Source: Lachnospiraceae bacterium
GTDB lineage: Bacteria; Bacillota; Clostridia; Lachnospirales; Lachnospiraceae
Length of the DNA stretch: 64,000 nucleotides
Direction: 5' to 3'
NCBI GenBank assembly: GCA_017523785.1
Contig: JAFWVX010000025.1
Location: 9,255 to 73,254, forward strand
In this document: positions 15,082 through 24,047 of the stretch, one piece after another
Layout of the letters: the number at the start of each line of letters is the position of its first letter
How positions within the stretch are numbered: position 1 is the stretch's first letter
The notes under the pieces: model-generated
The model's database searches: none
What the model was told of the DNA's origin: nothing
The model's input: only the letters and a program-made list of their open reading frames with translations
Program-made: the position numbers and the translations under genes

Positions 15082-16077
15082 TTATAAATTATGAAAAAAT
15101 GTTAACAGACGTTTGTAATCATCAAGCGAAAGATTCTCCGCCCTTACATTTTCATCAAAGCCAAGTTCTAAAAGGGCATTAGATACAATATTTTTATCGT
15201 AACCAGCGTTGGTTAAAGAATTTAAAAGCTTTTTTCGCCTTTGAGCGAAAGAGGCTTTTATTAATTTGAAAAGTTGGTCGTAATCGGGCTCGTAAAACTC
15301 GCCCGTGCGAGGGCTCGCAGTGCTCGCCCCTACAGTTGTCGGGCTCGCAAACTTCGCCCCTACAGGTGCTGATCCCGCAGTGAGGTGCTTTTTGAAATGG
15401 ACGACTGCAGAGTCGACCTTTGGTTTAGGGAAGAAGCAATCTTTTGAGACTACCATTATCATTTTTGTGTCGGCAAAATAATTGCAAGCAAGAGTCAATA
15501 TGCCATAATCTCTACCGCCTGGAGTTGCTACAATTCTTTCTGCTACTTCTTTTTGGACCATTAGGGTCATTTCTGATACATATGGATTTTGTAGAAGAAT
15601 GTTGATAATGGGAGAGGTTATATAGTAGGGAAGATTTGCTACAACTTTGATATGAAAACCGGACTCGCAGTGCTCGCCCCTACGGGTCTCATTGGGCTTG
15701 CAGTGCTCATCCATATAATTGGCATTTGCCCCTACTTGGGACGACAAAATGTCGTCCCCTACATTTGAAAATTCATCTAGTATGGTTTGGAAGTCGAGCT
15801 CCATGAAATTGGCATTTATGATAGTGACATTTTCATATTCTTTGAGATTACTTTTGAGAAGTGGAATTAAACTCTTGTCGATTTCTACAGCGACAACATG
15901 GCGAGCCCTATCGCATAGACATCTGGTGAGAGCACCATTTCCAGGACCAATCTCAAGAACGAAATCATCTTTAGTGATTTTACTTTCATCAGCGATATCC
16001 TCAAGCAAAAATTCATCTATGATAAAATTTTGACCGAGCGAATGTTTAAATTTAAAATTTTTATTATTTGTTTTCAC
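15082..16077 (-). CDS. rsmA: 16S rRNA dimethyladenosine transferase RsmA/KsgA carrying two in-frame repeat insertions
   Basis: Motifs LGQNFIID, EIGPGNGALT, ANLPYYITSPII and FAQRRKKLLNSL. At 331 aa it is longer than usual because of two GC-rich insert blocks. Confidence 0.85.
   Translation of the reverse strand: MKTNNKNFKFKHSLGQNFIIDEFLLEDIADESKITKDDFVLEIGPGNGALTRCLCDRARHVVAVEIDKSLIPLLKSNLKEYENVTIINANFMELDFQTILDEFSNVGDDILSSQVGANANYMDEHCKPNETRRGEHCESGFHIKVVANLPYYITSPIINILLQNPYVSEMTLMVQKEVAERIVATPGGRDYGILTLACNYFADTKMIMVVSKDCFFPKPKVDSAVVHFKKHLTAGSAPVGAKFASPTTVGASTASPRTGEFYEPDYDQLFKLIKASFAQRRKKLLNSLTNAGYDKNIVSNALLELGFDENVRAENLSLDDYKRLLTFFHNL
15286..15370 (-). repeat. GC-rich hairpin repeat, 3 tandem copies inside rsmA
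   Basis: Plus strand reads GGGCTCGTAAAACTCGCCCGTGCGA / GGGCTCGCAGTGCTCGCCCCTACA / GGGCTCGCAAACTTCGCCCCTACA. These encode ...APVGAKFASPTTVGASTASPRTGEFYEP... Confidence 0.85.
15661..15763 (-). repeat. GC-rich hairpin repeat, 3 further copies inside rsmA
   Basis: GGACTCGCAGTGCTCGCCCCTACG; GGGCTTGCAGTGCTC..(insert CCATATAATTGG)..GCCCCTAC; GGGACGACAAAATGTCGTCCCCTACA (perfect 8-bp hairpin). These encode ...NVGDDILSSQVGANANYMDEHCKPNETRRGEHCES... Confidence 0.85.
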
Positions 16078-16080
16078 GAA

Positions 16081-16728
16081 CTATCTATTAAATATTTTTC
16101 CAGCCTCGTCAATTTTAGCAACAACAATTAAATCTTCATTATCTTTAAGCAAAAAGTTAGGACCAAGTATTATTTTGGTTTTACCATTTACTTTGACACC
16201 GACGATACTTACATTGTATTTCCTTCTCAAATCAAGCTCGACGAGAGTTTTTCCAACCCATTCTTTAGGAACATTTACTTCAAACACACCATAGCCATCA
16301 TCTAAATCCATAAAGTCATAGATGGAATTAGTGCCGCATCTAAGAGCCGTCCATTTGCCCATCTGCTTTTCAGGATAGACAACAAAGTCAACGCCAAGCT
16401 TGAGTAAAACTTTTTCCTGCGACTCTTGAGCAGCTCTAGCAACTATTCTTTTTGCACCAAGCTCTTTCAGATTTAAAACAGTCTCTATAGAATCTTGGAA
16501 ATTATTTCCAATAGCAACTATACACTCGTCAAAAGTGTTGACGCCGATTGTTTTCATAAAGTCAAGATTTTTACAATCACCGATAAATGTTTTTGTGACA
16601 TAGTCGCTTATCATCTTAAGTGATTCCTCGCGCGTGTCGATTGCTAATATTTCGACATCTAAGGTGCTTAGTTCCTTTGCGATGTGATAACCGAAACGAC
16701 CAATTCCTATTAATAAAATACTTTTCAT
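16081..16728 (-). CDS. KtrA/TrkA-type K+ uptake regulatory subunit (RCK domain)
   Basis: N-terminal Rossmann motif LLIGIGRFG, about 215 aa, adjacent to the TrkH/KtrB gene. Confidence 0.85.
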   Translation of the reverse strand: MKSILLIGIGRFGYHIAKELSTLDVEILAIDTREESLKMISDYVTKTFIGDCKNLDFMKTIGVNTFDECIVAIGNNFQDSIETVLNLKELGAKRIVARAAQESQEKVLLKLGVDFVVYPEKQMGKWTALRCGTNSIYDFMDLDDGYGVFEVNVPKEWVGKTLVELDLRRKYNVSIVGVKVNGKTKIILGPNFLLKDNEDLIVVAKIDEAGKIFNR

Positions 16729-16737
16729 AAGTCCTCC

Positions 16738-18051
16738 TTAACCTACCGCCACATTTTCACTTATGTAGCCAGGTTCGCTATTTAGCGATGGTATGATTGC
16801 ATATATAAATGTTAATGCTCCAACTCTTCCAAGGAACATAAGTATTATGATAAATACCATTGAAAGAGAAGAGAGTTTTGTAGTAATACCTAAAGTTAGT
16901 CCAACAGTTCCAAGAGCAGATGCAGTTTCAAACAGCGTATCCATCAACTCAAAACCGCAGAGATTGCAAATCAAGAATGCAAAAATTAAAAACATATTCA
17001 GATACATCATAAAAATTGTCATCGCATTCTTAATAATTTGCATTCCAATTCTTCTGTTAAAAATATGTGGCTCGTTCTGCCTTTTAAATACAGAGATTGT
17101 TGAAATGATAAGTATTGCAATGGTTGTCGTTTTCATACCGCCTGCAGTAGAACCTGGCGAGCCACCTATAAGCATTAACATCATACTTATGGATTTTCCG
17201 ACATCAGTCATATCATTAAAGTCTGCAGTGTTAAAGCCTGCCGTTCTTGTAGTCACTGATTGAAATAGTGAACTTAAAACTCTTGTCTTTGTTGGAAGAG
17301 TTTGGAATTCATAAAAATAAAAATAGATGGCAGGTAGCAAAATTAAGAAAAGAGTTGTAAAGAACACTATTTTACTTTGTAATTTATATTTTCTAAAATG
17401 GAATCTTCTAGTTATTATATCATCCCAAACTGAAAAACCGATACCGCCAAAAACTATGAGAAACATTACGACGACATTTACCAAAGTATTTGATTGATAA
17501 AATGTCAAAGATGAAAATGGCTCCCTTGCTCCCATCAAATCAAAGCCAGCATTACAAAAGGCTGAGATAGAATGAAAGAAAGAATACCAGATGGCAGTTG
17601 GCAGATCAAAGTCTTTAACGAATTGGAAAAACAATAGAAAAGCTCCAGACAATTCAAATATTATGACAAGTCTAATAACAAACATTACAAGTTTTATTAT
17701 GCCGCCAACTTTTTGCACTGATAAGGCTTCTTGCAATGTTGTCCTTTGCCAAAATGAAATCTTTTGACCTAAGAAAATTGCTATGAGTGAAGTCACAACA
17801 ATTACACCGAGACCGCCGACCTGTATTAAAATTAAAATTATTAACTGACCAAAAAAAGACCAGTGAGTAGCAGTGTCAACTACTACAAGACCAGTCACAC
17901 AGAGTGATGAGGTTGCTGTAAAGAGGCAGCTTAAAAAATCAGTTGAATTACCATCTTTACTTGCGAAAGGTAGAGAAAGTAAAAGTGTACCGATAATAAC
18001 CGCGATAAAAAAGCTACCAAGTATTATTTTTGTTGAATTAAGTTTTGCCAT
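16738..18051 (-). CDS. TrkH/KtrB family K+ transporter membrane subunit
   Basis: Polytopic 437-aa protein with repeated pore-loop-like GG/GF motifs (VTGL, NAGFD, RTAGFN, GGSPGSTAGG). Confidence 0.85.
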   Translation of the reverse strand: MAKLNSTKIILGSFFIAVIIGTLLLSLPFASKDGNSTDFLSCLFTATSSLCVTGLVVVDTATHWSFFGQLIILILIQVGGLGVIVVTSLIAIFLGQKISFWQRTTLQEALSVQKVGGIIKLVMFVIRLVIIFELSGAFLLFFQFVKDFDLPTAIWYSFFHSISAFCNAGFDLMGAREPFSSLTFYQSNTLVNVVVMFLIVFGGIGFSVWDDIITRRFHFRKYKLQSKIVFFTTLFLILLPAIYFYFYEFQTLPTKTRVLSSLFQSVTTRTAGFNTADFNDMTDVGKSISMMLMLIGGSPGSTAGGMKTTTIAILIISTISVFKRQNEPHIFNRRIGMQIIKNAMTIFMMYLNMFLIFAFLICNLCGFELMDTLFETASALGTVGLTLGITTKLSSLSMVFIIILMFLGRVGALTFIYAIIPSLNSEPGYISENVAVG

Positions 18052-18154
18052 AAAGTTTTAAGTTTATACTATTAATAATTTTATCAAAAAAGATAAATTT
18101 TATCAAATCAATAAAAAAGAGTGGCAAAGGCCACTCTATGTAAAAATTATATTT

Positions 18155-19360
18155 TTAATTAACCGCTAAATCTTCGGTGGTTGCAATTTTACCAAACTCA
18201 AGAAGTTTTTTGGTATCACCGAATTGACTACCTTCTGCCTTTAAAACAACGGCGATTATATTATTGTTATAATAACTCATCATTGATGCGATACACCATT
18301 TTGAAGCATTTGTAAATGCGAGACGACTTGCAGCAACATCGGCGTTGTAAGTTGAATTATCTTTATTTAACTGAGTGTTCTTTGACCAGATGTGAAGTTT
18401 GTCTCTTCTTGTAGCTGCAGGAAGTTCATACTCGTGAAGAGATAAAAGTTTAACGAGCTCTGGATTTTCACAAACCTTAGCCATGATGATTGCCATATCA
18501 AGTGCAGTGCTTTCGTTTTTGCCAATTCCAGATGGGTCTACGAAATGAGTGTTTGTAAGACCAAGGCTTGTGGCAGTCACATTCATCAGATTAACGAATT
18601 CCCCTATACTATTTGAAACATTTTCGGCCACGACATTTGCAGAATCCACACAACCTTTTACAAACATAGATGCAAGGGCATCCTTAAGTGTGATAGTGTC
18701 ACCGGCATCAAGAGCTGCTATAGATGCATCCTTTTCAATGCCTCTAACGGCTGATTTATTTACCTTAAGAAGTGAGTCCATCTTAAGATATTGGGTCGCA
18801 ATATAGGCGGTCATCAAGTTTGTGAGACCTGATGGGTTATATTTTGTATTTTCGTTCTTTGCCGCATAAATGTGCCTTGTATTGGCATTTATGAGGGCAA
18901 ATGTTGGTGCAGATGTGTCTTGAACCTTTGCAGTATTTATGGTTTTTGTGGTAAAATTAGAGAGGTTAATATTGTTCGCAATACTTACCCCAGCGCTATA
19001 TGCAGCAGTTCCTGTAAGCGGTGCAGCAAGTTGTTGAGTAGCTTGTGCGACAGGACTTGCAACTGGTGTTGCGACATTTGGAACAGTTGTTGATGCTTTT
19101 GGTTCAGCAATGACAATTTGTTTTATAGCAGCAATGTCACCACTTGTTATTTGACCTGTTCCATTGATTTGATTAAAATCATAATCAGAAAGCACATTTG
19201 CATTAGCGTCAAATGTAACTTTGTTAGCAGCTTCTTCAAATGCAGCAGGACCATAGAGCTCGGTTGAACTAAGTGGCTCATCTGCAAAAGTGATTGATGA
19301 AAATGTTAAAACAACAGCTGCAACGACAATATTCAATTTTAATAAATTCATATTTTTCAT
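18155..19360 (-). CDS. Secreted PBP5/S11 D-Ala-D-Ala carboxypeptidase homologue with substituted catalytic motifs
   Basis: Signal peptide and fold-typical context (...INANTRHIYAAKNENTKYNPSGLTNLMTAYIA...; ...DSANVVAENV...). The SxxK box reads SGLTN and the KTG box reads FTN. Confidence 0.75.
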   Translation of the reverse strand: MKNMNLLKLNIVVAAVVLTFSSITFADEPLSSTELYGPAAFEEAANKVTFDANANVLSDYDFNQINGTGQITSGDIAAIKQIVIAEPKASTTVPNVATPVASPVAQATQQLAAPLTGTAAYSAGVSIANNINLSNFTTKTINTAKVQDTSAPTFALINANTRHIYAAKNENTKYNPSGLTNLMTAYIATQYLKMDSLLKVNKSAVRGIEKDASIAALDAGDTITLKDALASMFVKGCVDSANVVAENVSNSIGEFVNLMNVTATSLGLTNTHFVDPSGIGKNESTALDMAIIMAKVCENPELVKLLSLHEYELPAATRRDKLHIWSKNTQLNKDNSTYNADVAASRLAFTNASKWCIASMMSYYNNNIIAVVLKAEGSQFGDTKKLLEFGKIATTEDLAVN

Positions 19361-19421
19361 AATAAAATAATTTTAATATAAAAACAAAAAAATGTAAAGT
19401 ATATCATAAAAGTAAATGTAA

Positions 19422-19487
19422 AAAATGTAAGGGCTATAATAAAATGTAGGGGCAACAATAAAATGTAGGGGCGAGCACTACGAGCCC
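19422..19487 (+). repeat. 19-nt tandem units ending in a full GC-rich hairpin repeat (inverse orientation)
   Basis: AAAATGTAAGGGCTATAAT / AAAATGTAGGGGCAACAAT / AAAATGTAGGGGCGAGCACTACGAGCCC. Confidence 0.8.
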
Positions 19488-19512
19488 GAAAATAAATTAA
19501 AAGAGGTATGTT

Positions 19513-20739
19513 ATGATTAAATTAAATTTTGAAAAAGCTGAGGAAGTAAAAAATCTAAGTAAGCATGTGGCTGCTGCTAAATCATATATTAGTGATTTGC
19601 TTGCGGGTAAAATTGATATGACTGGCTGGGTCAATCATCCAATAAAATATGACAAAGAAGAGTTTAGTCGTATCATTGAAGTAGCAAATGAAATAAAGAG
19701 CGAGGCAGAGGTTCTAGTATCAATTGGAATTGGCGGTTCATATCTTGGAGCAAAAGCAGCGATTGAGTATTTGTCAGACTACTATAGTAATAAAGGTGTA
19801 GAGGTAATCTTTGCTGGCAATGGTCTATCAGAAAAATATTTAAAAGAAACCCTTGACTATGTCGAAGACAAAAACTTCTATATAAATGTCATAAGTAAAA
19901 GTGGCGGAACACTTGAACCAGCCACTGCCTTTGATAAGTTCAAAGAACTCTGCGAAAAGAAATATGGAAAAGAAGGTGCAAAGAAAAGAATTATTGCAAC
20001 CACTGACAAGGCGAAGGGGATTTTGAAAGAGGAAGCTGATAGAGAAGGTTATAGAACATTTGTAGTTCCTGATGATATCGGTGGAAGATATTCAGTGCTT
20101 TCTGCTGTTGGACTTTTGCCAATTGCAGCAGCTGGTTTTGACATAGAAAAACTAATGAAAGGTGCTGAGGCAGCAAGAAACATTTACACACTTGATGATG
20201 AAAATAAAAATGATGCGATGAAATATGCAATCGTTAGAAATTTATATTATGAAAATGGAAAAGACATAGAAGTATTTTCAACCTTAAGTCCAAACATGCA
20301 GTACTTTGCAGAGTGGCTCAAACAACTCTTTGGTGAGTCAGAGTGTAAAGGCAACAAAGGAATTTTTCCAGCATCACTTAGTATGACGGCCGACCTTCAC
20401 TCTATGGGTCAACTTATGCAAGAAGGAAAGCGAAATATGTTTGAGACCTTTATCATGATTGAAAACGACTTTGACAAAGACAGAGTTAAGTATAACGACA
20501 AATTTTTTGTAAATGATTTAAATGACATCGCACTTCGTGCAACAGAAAAAGCTCACCACACTGGAAATGTTCCAGTCATTGAAGTAAAAGTCCCTGAGCA
20601 AAATGAAACCACACTCGGCGAACTTTTCTATTTCTTTGAGATGAGCTGCGCAATTTCTGCACTCATTCTTGGTGTAAACCCATTTAACCAGCCAGGGGTG
20701 GAGGAGTATAAGAAAAACATTAAAGAATTGCTTAAATAA
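19513..20739 (+). CDS. pgi: Glucose-6-phosphate isomerase
   Basis: SIGIGGSYLGAKA, DIGGRYSVLSAVGLLP, and a short Firmicutes-type PGI length. Confidence 0.9.
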   Translation: MIKLNFEKAEEVKNLSKHVAAAKSYISDLLAGKIDMTGWVNHPIKYDKEEFSRIIEVANEIKSEAEVLVSIGIGGSYLGAKAAIEYLSDYYSNKGVEVIFAGNGLSEKYLKETLDYVEDKNFYINVISKSGGTLEPATAFDKFKELCEKKYGKEGAKKRIIATTDKAKGILKEEADREGYRTFVVPDDIGGRYSVLSAVGLLPIAAAGFDIEKLMKGAEAARNIYTLDDENKNDAMKYAIVRNLYYENGKDIEVFSTLSPNMQYFAEWLKQLFGESECKGNKGIFPASLSMTADLHSMGQLMQEGKRNMFETFIMIENDFDKDRVKYNDKFFVNDLNDIALRATEKAHHTGNVPVIEVKVPEQNETTLGELFYFFEMSCAISALILGVNPFNQPGVEEYKKNIKELLK

Positions 20740-20787
20740 TTAAGAAATAAAAAACGCGCTGTAAGAAAGAATCTATAAGGAAGGATA

Positions 20788-22380
20788 ATGATAAAAGAAG
20801 ACAGCAAAATAGAATATGAAAAGTTTTTAGAGACTGATCTTGATAAATACATAAAAGAGTATCAAGAAATTAAAACCTTCAAATTAATTGTAAGTGAGCA
20901 GTTTAAAAACAAGATGTTCACCGAAAATGCTTTTGTAAAGCATGATTTGAAGGGGTTTGTTGTAGATGAGAATGGTTTTTTTGTTAAAGATGAAAATGCT
21001 TCTGCAGAAGTATTTTTAGTTGATGTAACATTTAAAGAGCTACTTAAATATCAAAGAGTTATAAATGTAGCAGCACTAAACGAAGAAGTTCTAAGCGATG
21101 AAGGCGTTGATAAAATACTATATTATAAAAATAGAAACACAAATGAACCTGATGTCAATTATGAAAATGATTGTTTAACAAAACTCCAAAATTTAAATGA
21201 TGTTGAAATGGAAATTAGTTTTGACACATATGTTTTGATACCGCTTGAGAGAATTAAAAGTAAAGAATTTAAAGGTAGCGACGCAACAAGTAAAATAGAA
21301 ACATTTAAATATAAATATTTATCAAGTTTGCTTGACGAGTATTACAAAAACACATTTGAAAGTAAAATTGATAGAATCAATCACAGTTTTGTAGGAAAAA
21401 TTAATTTTAGGATTTCACATGATGGAGATTTTGCAGGGAAATATATAACAGCATCTGTTGTTCTTGGACAAGATTCTATAAGTAAATGCGGAGTTCTAAT
21501 TCTCATAATGAATAACCCATATGTGCCAGCAAGTTACATTATAGAAAACATGCTTCAATGCAATATTGAAATATATGATGAAAATGACAAAGAATGGAAG
21601 AGTTTCAATAAGTTTATTGGGGAAAACTACGGTGTAGAAAAAAGAGGCATTCCAAATGTTTTACAACTGGTTTTTTCTGAAAAAGATGATATCCCTGAAG
21701 CAATATTAACAAGTTGGTTAATGGGAGAATCATATTTCAAAAAAGGACAAGGTCTTGGTGAAATTAAACTTGGCGAAAACAAAAGCACAAAAGATTACAA
21801 ACTGGACATTCCAATGTATGAAAACGCCGTTGCAATATATGCATCACGAGATGTAGTTGTAGAATATAATAAAAGACAGAGAATGATTTTTGGCAGACTT
21901 GAAAATGTGGTTTCAACGCTTTCGGCAATCGAACTTATCTTATTTGAAGAGGCTGCTATAAGCACTTGTGAATATAAATACCAAAGTGTAATAGATAATA
22001 AAAAATTAGGAACTTTGTCGCTAGTCAGCCAAATGAAAAACATTCAAGAAGAGTTTATCCGCACAATAGATTTCTGGAATCCGAATATGAGATATATGGG
22101 AAGCGAACTTGTCGAAGAAGAACTTAGAAAGAAATTTGAGATTGACAAACATAAAAAGAAGTTAATTGAAAAACAAGAAAAGTTTAATACATATTTTATG
22201 CTTAGAAGAGATAAGAGAAACACAATGGAATCCATTTTCTTATCAATAGTTGGTTGTGTATTAACAGCAAGTTCTATTTACGATATAACATCAAATGGTT
22301 TTACATTGAAAACATTGGTTCTCTTAGTTGTCATTGTGCTATATATAATATATAGATTCATATTTACGAGGTTGGTATGA
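20788..22380 (+). CDS. Unknown 530-aa protein with C-terminal coiled coil plus two TM helices
   Basis: No motif was recognised. The C-terminus has a KKFEIDKHKKKLIEKQEKF charged helix, then IFLSIVGCVLTASSIY and LVLLVVIVLYIIYRFIF. Confidence 0.65.
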   Translation: MIKEDSKIEYEKFLETDLDKYIKEYQEIKTFKLIVSEQFKNKMFTENAFVKHDLKGFVVDENGFFVKDENASAEVFLVDVTFKELLKYQRVINVAALNEEVLSDEGVDKILYYKNRNTNEPDVNYENDCLTKLQNLNDVEMEISFDTYVLIPLERIKSKEFKGSDATSKIETFKYKYLSSLLDEYYKNTFESKIDRINHSFVGKINFRISHDGDFAGKYITASVVLGQDSISKCGVLILIMNNPYVPASYIIENMLQCNIEIYDENDKEWKSFNKFIGENYGVEKRGIPNVLQLVFSEKDDIPEAILTSWLMGESYFKKGQGLGEIKLGENKSTKDYKLDIPMYENAVAIYASRDVVVEYNKRQRMIFGRLENVVSTLSAIELILFEEAAISTCEYKYQSVIDNKKLGTLSLVSQMKNIQEEFIRTIDFWNPNMRYMGSELVEEELRKKFEIDKHKKKLIEKQEKFNTYFMLRRDKRNTMESIFLSIVGCVLTASSIYDITSNGFTLKTLVLLVVIVLYIIYRFIFTRLV

Positions 22381-22790
22381 TTAAGTATAGAAAAATGCGA
22401 ATGGGTGATTACAAAGATATACTTGAGTTGTATAAAAGCAGTGAAAAAATTGTGTTGTATTCAACCGATGATAAAAAGGGCTATAAGTTATTTCTAACAA
22501 AGAATAAAGACATGTGTTTTGTTGCAACTGATGGTGACAAGATTATAGCAAGTATTCAGGGAGCGACGGATTATAAAAGGGGATACATACATCATCTTAT
22601 AGTACACGAAGAATATAGAAAGAAAGGAATAGGAAAAAAATTAGTTTCACTTGTGATAGAAGCATTAAAAAAATTAAAACTTTCCGATGTTGTCATTTTA
22701 GTAAATAATAAAAACAAAAGTGTAAAGAGTTTTTACAAGAAAATAGGCTTTCAGTTTTTGACGGTTAATTTTGGCTATGTTGAGTGGTAG
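22377..22790 (+). CDS. GNAT family N-acetyltransferase
   Basis: ATGA start/stop overlap with the previous gene. Acetyl-CoA motif HEEYRKKGIGKKLV. Confidence 0.8.
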   Translation: MIKYRKMRMGDYKDILELYKSSEKIVLYSTDDKKGYKLFLTKNKDMCFVATDGDKIIASIQGATDYKRGYIHHLIVHEEYRKKGIGKKLVSLVIEALKKLKLSDVVILVNNKNKSVKSFYKKIGFQFLTVNFGYVEW

Positions 22791-22814
22791 GAAAATTAAG
22801 GAGGTATAGAGAAA

Positions 22815-24020
22815 ATGAAAACAAAAGAATTAATACTAGGGTTTGTAAAAAAGTATAAAATTGAGTCAGTTGCAGTTTTGATATTTTCAGTTTTGTCTGC
22901 TGTCGCATTTGACACATATGTGACGAAGCCAATGCCGCTATTTGAAGTGATAGCAGTTTTTGCATTTGTCGCAGCAGGAACCTTTCTTGTTGATAAGATT
23001 TTTATAGTATATGAGAATGAAATAAGGCAGAATGTTGGAAATAAAGAGACTAGTTTTAAGGTGGCAAGACAGATAGCATATTCGGTAGTATTGGTGCTTG
23101 AGTATTTGCTATGCATGTGGGCGGTTTATCTTATGAATCATGCACAAATATTAAGAGAGGCGACAGTATTTTCACCCTATGAACAAATACACGCTTTGAT
23201 AGTTGCAGCAGCCATCGTTTTAGAAGTCGTGTTGCCAATTGTTATCTATCTAGTGATTAAAGAAAAAAGACTTTCGCTGAAAGAATATATGCTTAAATTA
23301 TTTATGAATTCAATTTTTGTTTTCGTTATATGTTGTGTGGTGCTTGCAGGAATACTTGTACTTTATCTGATTTGCGAAGCTCTGCTTGGAACAATTCCGT
23401 ATTATATAATTAGTAGAATAATTGTTTTCTTGCTTTCAATGATTTCTTTTATGGGACTTTTTGTTAGTATAGAAAATGTGGACGGAAGGCAAAGCCTATT
23501 TTCTAAAATACTTGTGAGATATATAATGCAGATAATGGTGTTTATCGGTTTTGTGATTTTCTATATTTATCTTGTTAAAATAATTGTAAAACTTGAATTG
23601 CCATCAAATCAGGTGTTTGTGGTGTGTACAACACTATTTTCGATAGGGCTTATGACTTCGCTTATGAGTCTCGGAGTTAATGAAGAATCAAAATACAATA
23701 TTGCTACAAAGTTTTTGCCAGTAGCATTTATACCTGCACTTATTTTACAAATCATTTCACTCGGACTTAGAATAGGACAGCACGGATTAACACAAAATAG
23801 ATATGTTGGAGTTATGATTATAATCTTTGAAATAGTTTATCTAGTATTTTATATTAGAAATGAGATATTGAATAAAGAAAGAGTAAAATTAGAGAAAGTT
23901 TTACTTGTAGCGAGCTTGCTAATTTTAATATCTTGCTTCGTGCCAAAGATAAATATGTATGAGTTGCCGGGGATATGTAATAAAGTTTTTAATGTTAAAA
24001 ATATTGATGTTAACGAATAA
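22815..24020 (+). CDS. Polytopic membrane protein (possibly DUF4153-like)
   Basis: 401 aa with about 10 hydrophobic helices. AAGGAGG SD. The family assignment is tentative. Confidence 0.6.
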   Translation: MKTKELILGFVKKYKIESVAVLIFSVLSAVAFDTYVTKPMPLFEVIAVFAFVAAGTFLVDKIFIVYENEIRQNVGNKETSFKVARQIAYSVVLVLEYLLCMWAVYLMNHAQILREATVFSPYEQIHALIVAAAIVLEVVLPIVIYLVIKEKRLSLKEYMLKLFMNSIFVFVICCVVLAGILVLYLICEALLGTIPYYIISRIIVFLLSMISFMGLFVSIENVDGRQSLFSKILVRYIMQIMVFIGFVIFYIYLVKIIVKLELPSNQVFVVCTTLFSIGLMTSLMSLGVNEESKYNIATKFLPVAFIPALILQIISLGLRIGQHGLTQNRYVGVMIIIFEIVYLVFYIRNEILNKERVKLEKVLLVASLLILISCFVPKINMYELPGICNKVFNVKNIDVNE

Positions 24021-24047
24021 AGATAAACTAAGAGAGTAGAGGAAAGT

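Noticed and set aside
16793-17263. 156-aa plus-strand ORF, and 15719-16033 (104 aa)
   Set aside because: They are antisense to the well-supported trkH/ktrB and rsmA genes. No SD or motifs were found.
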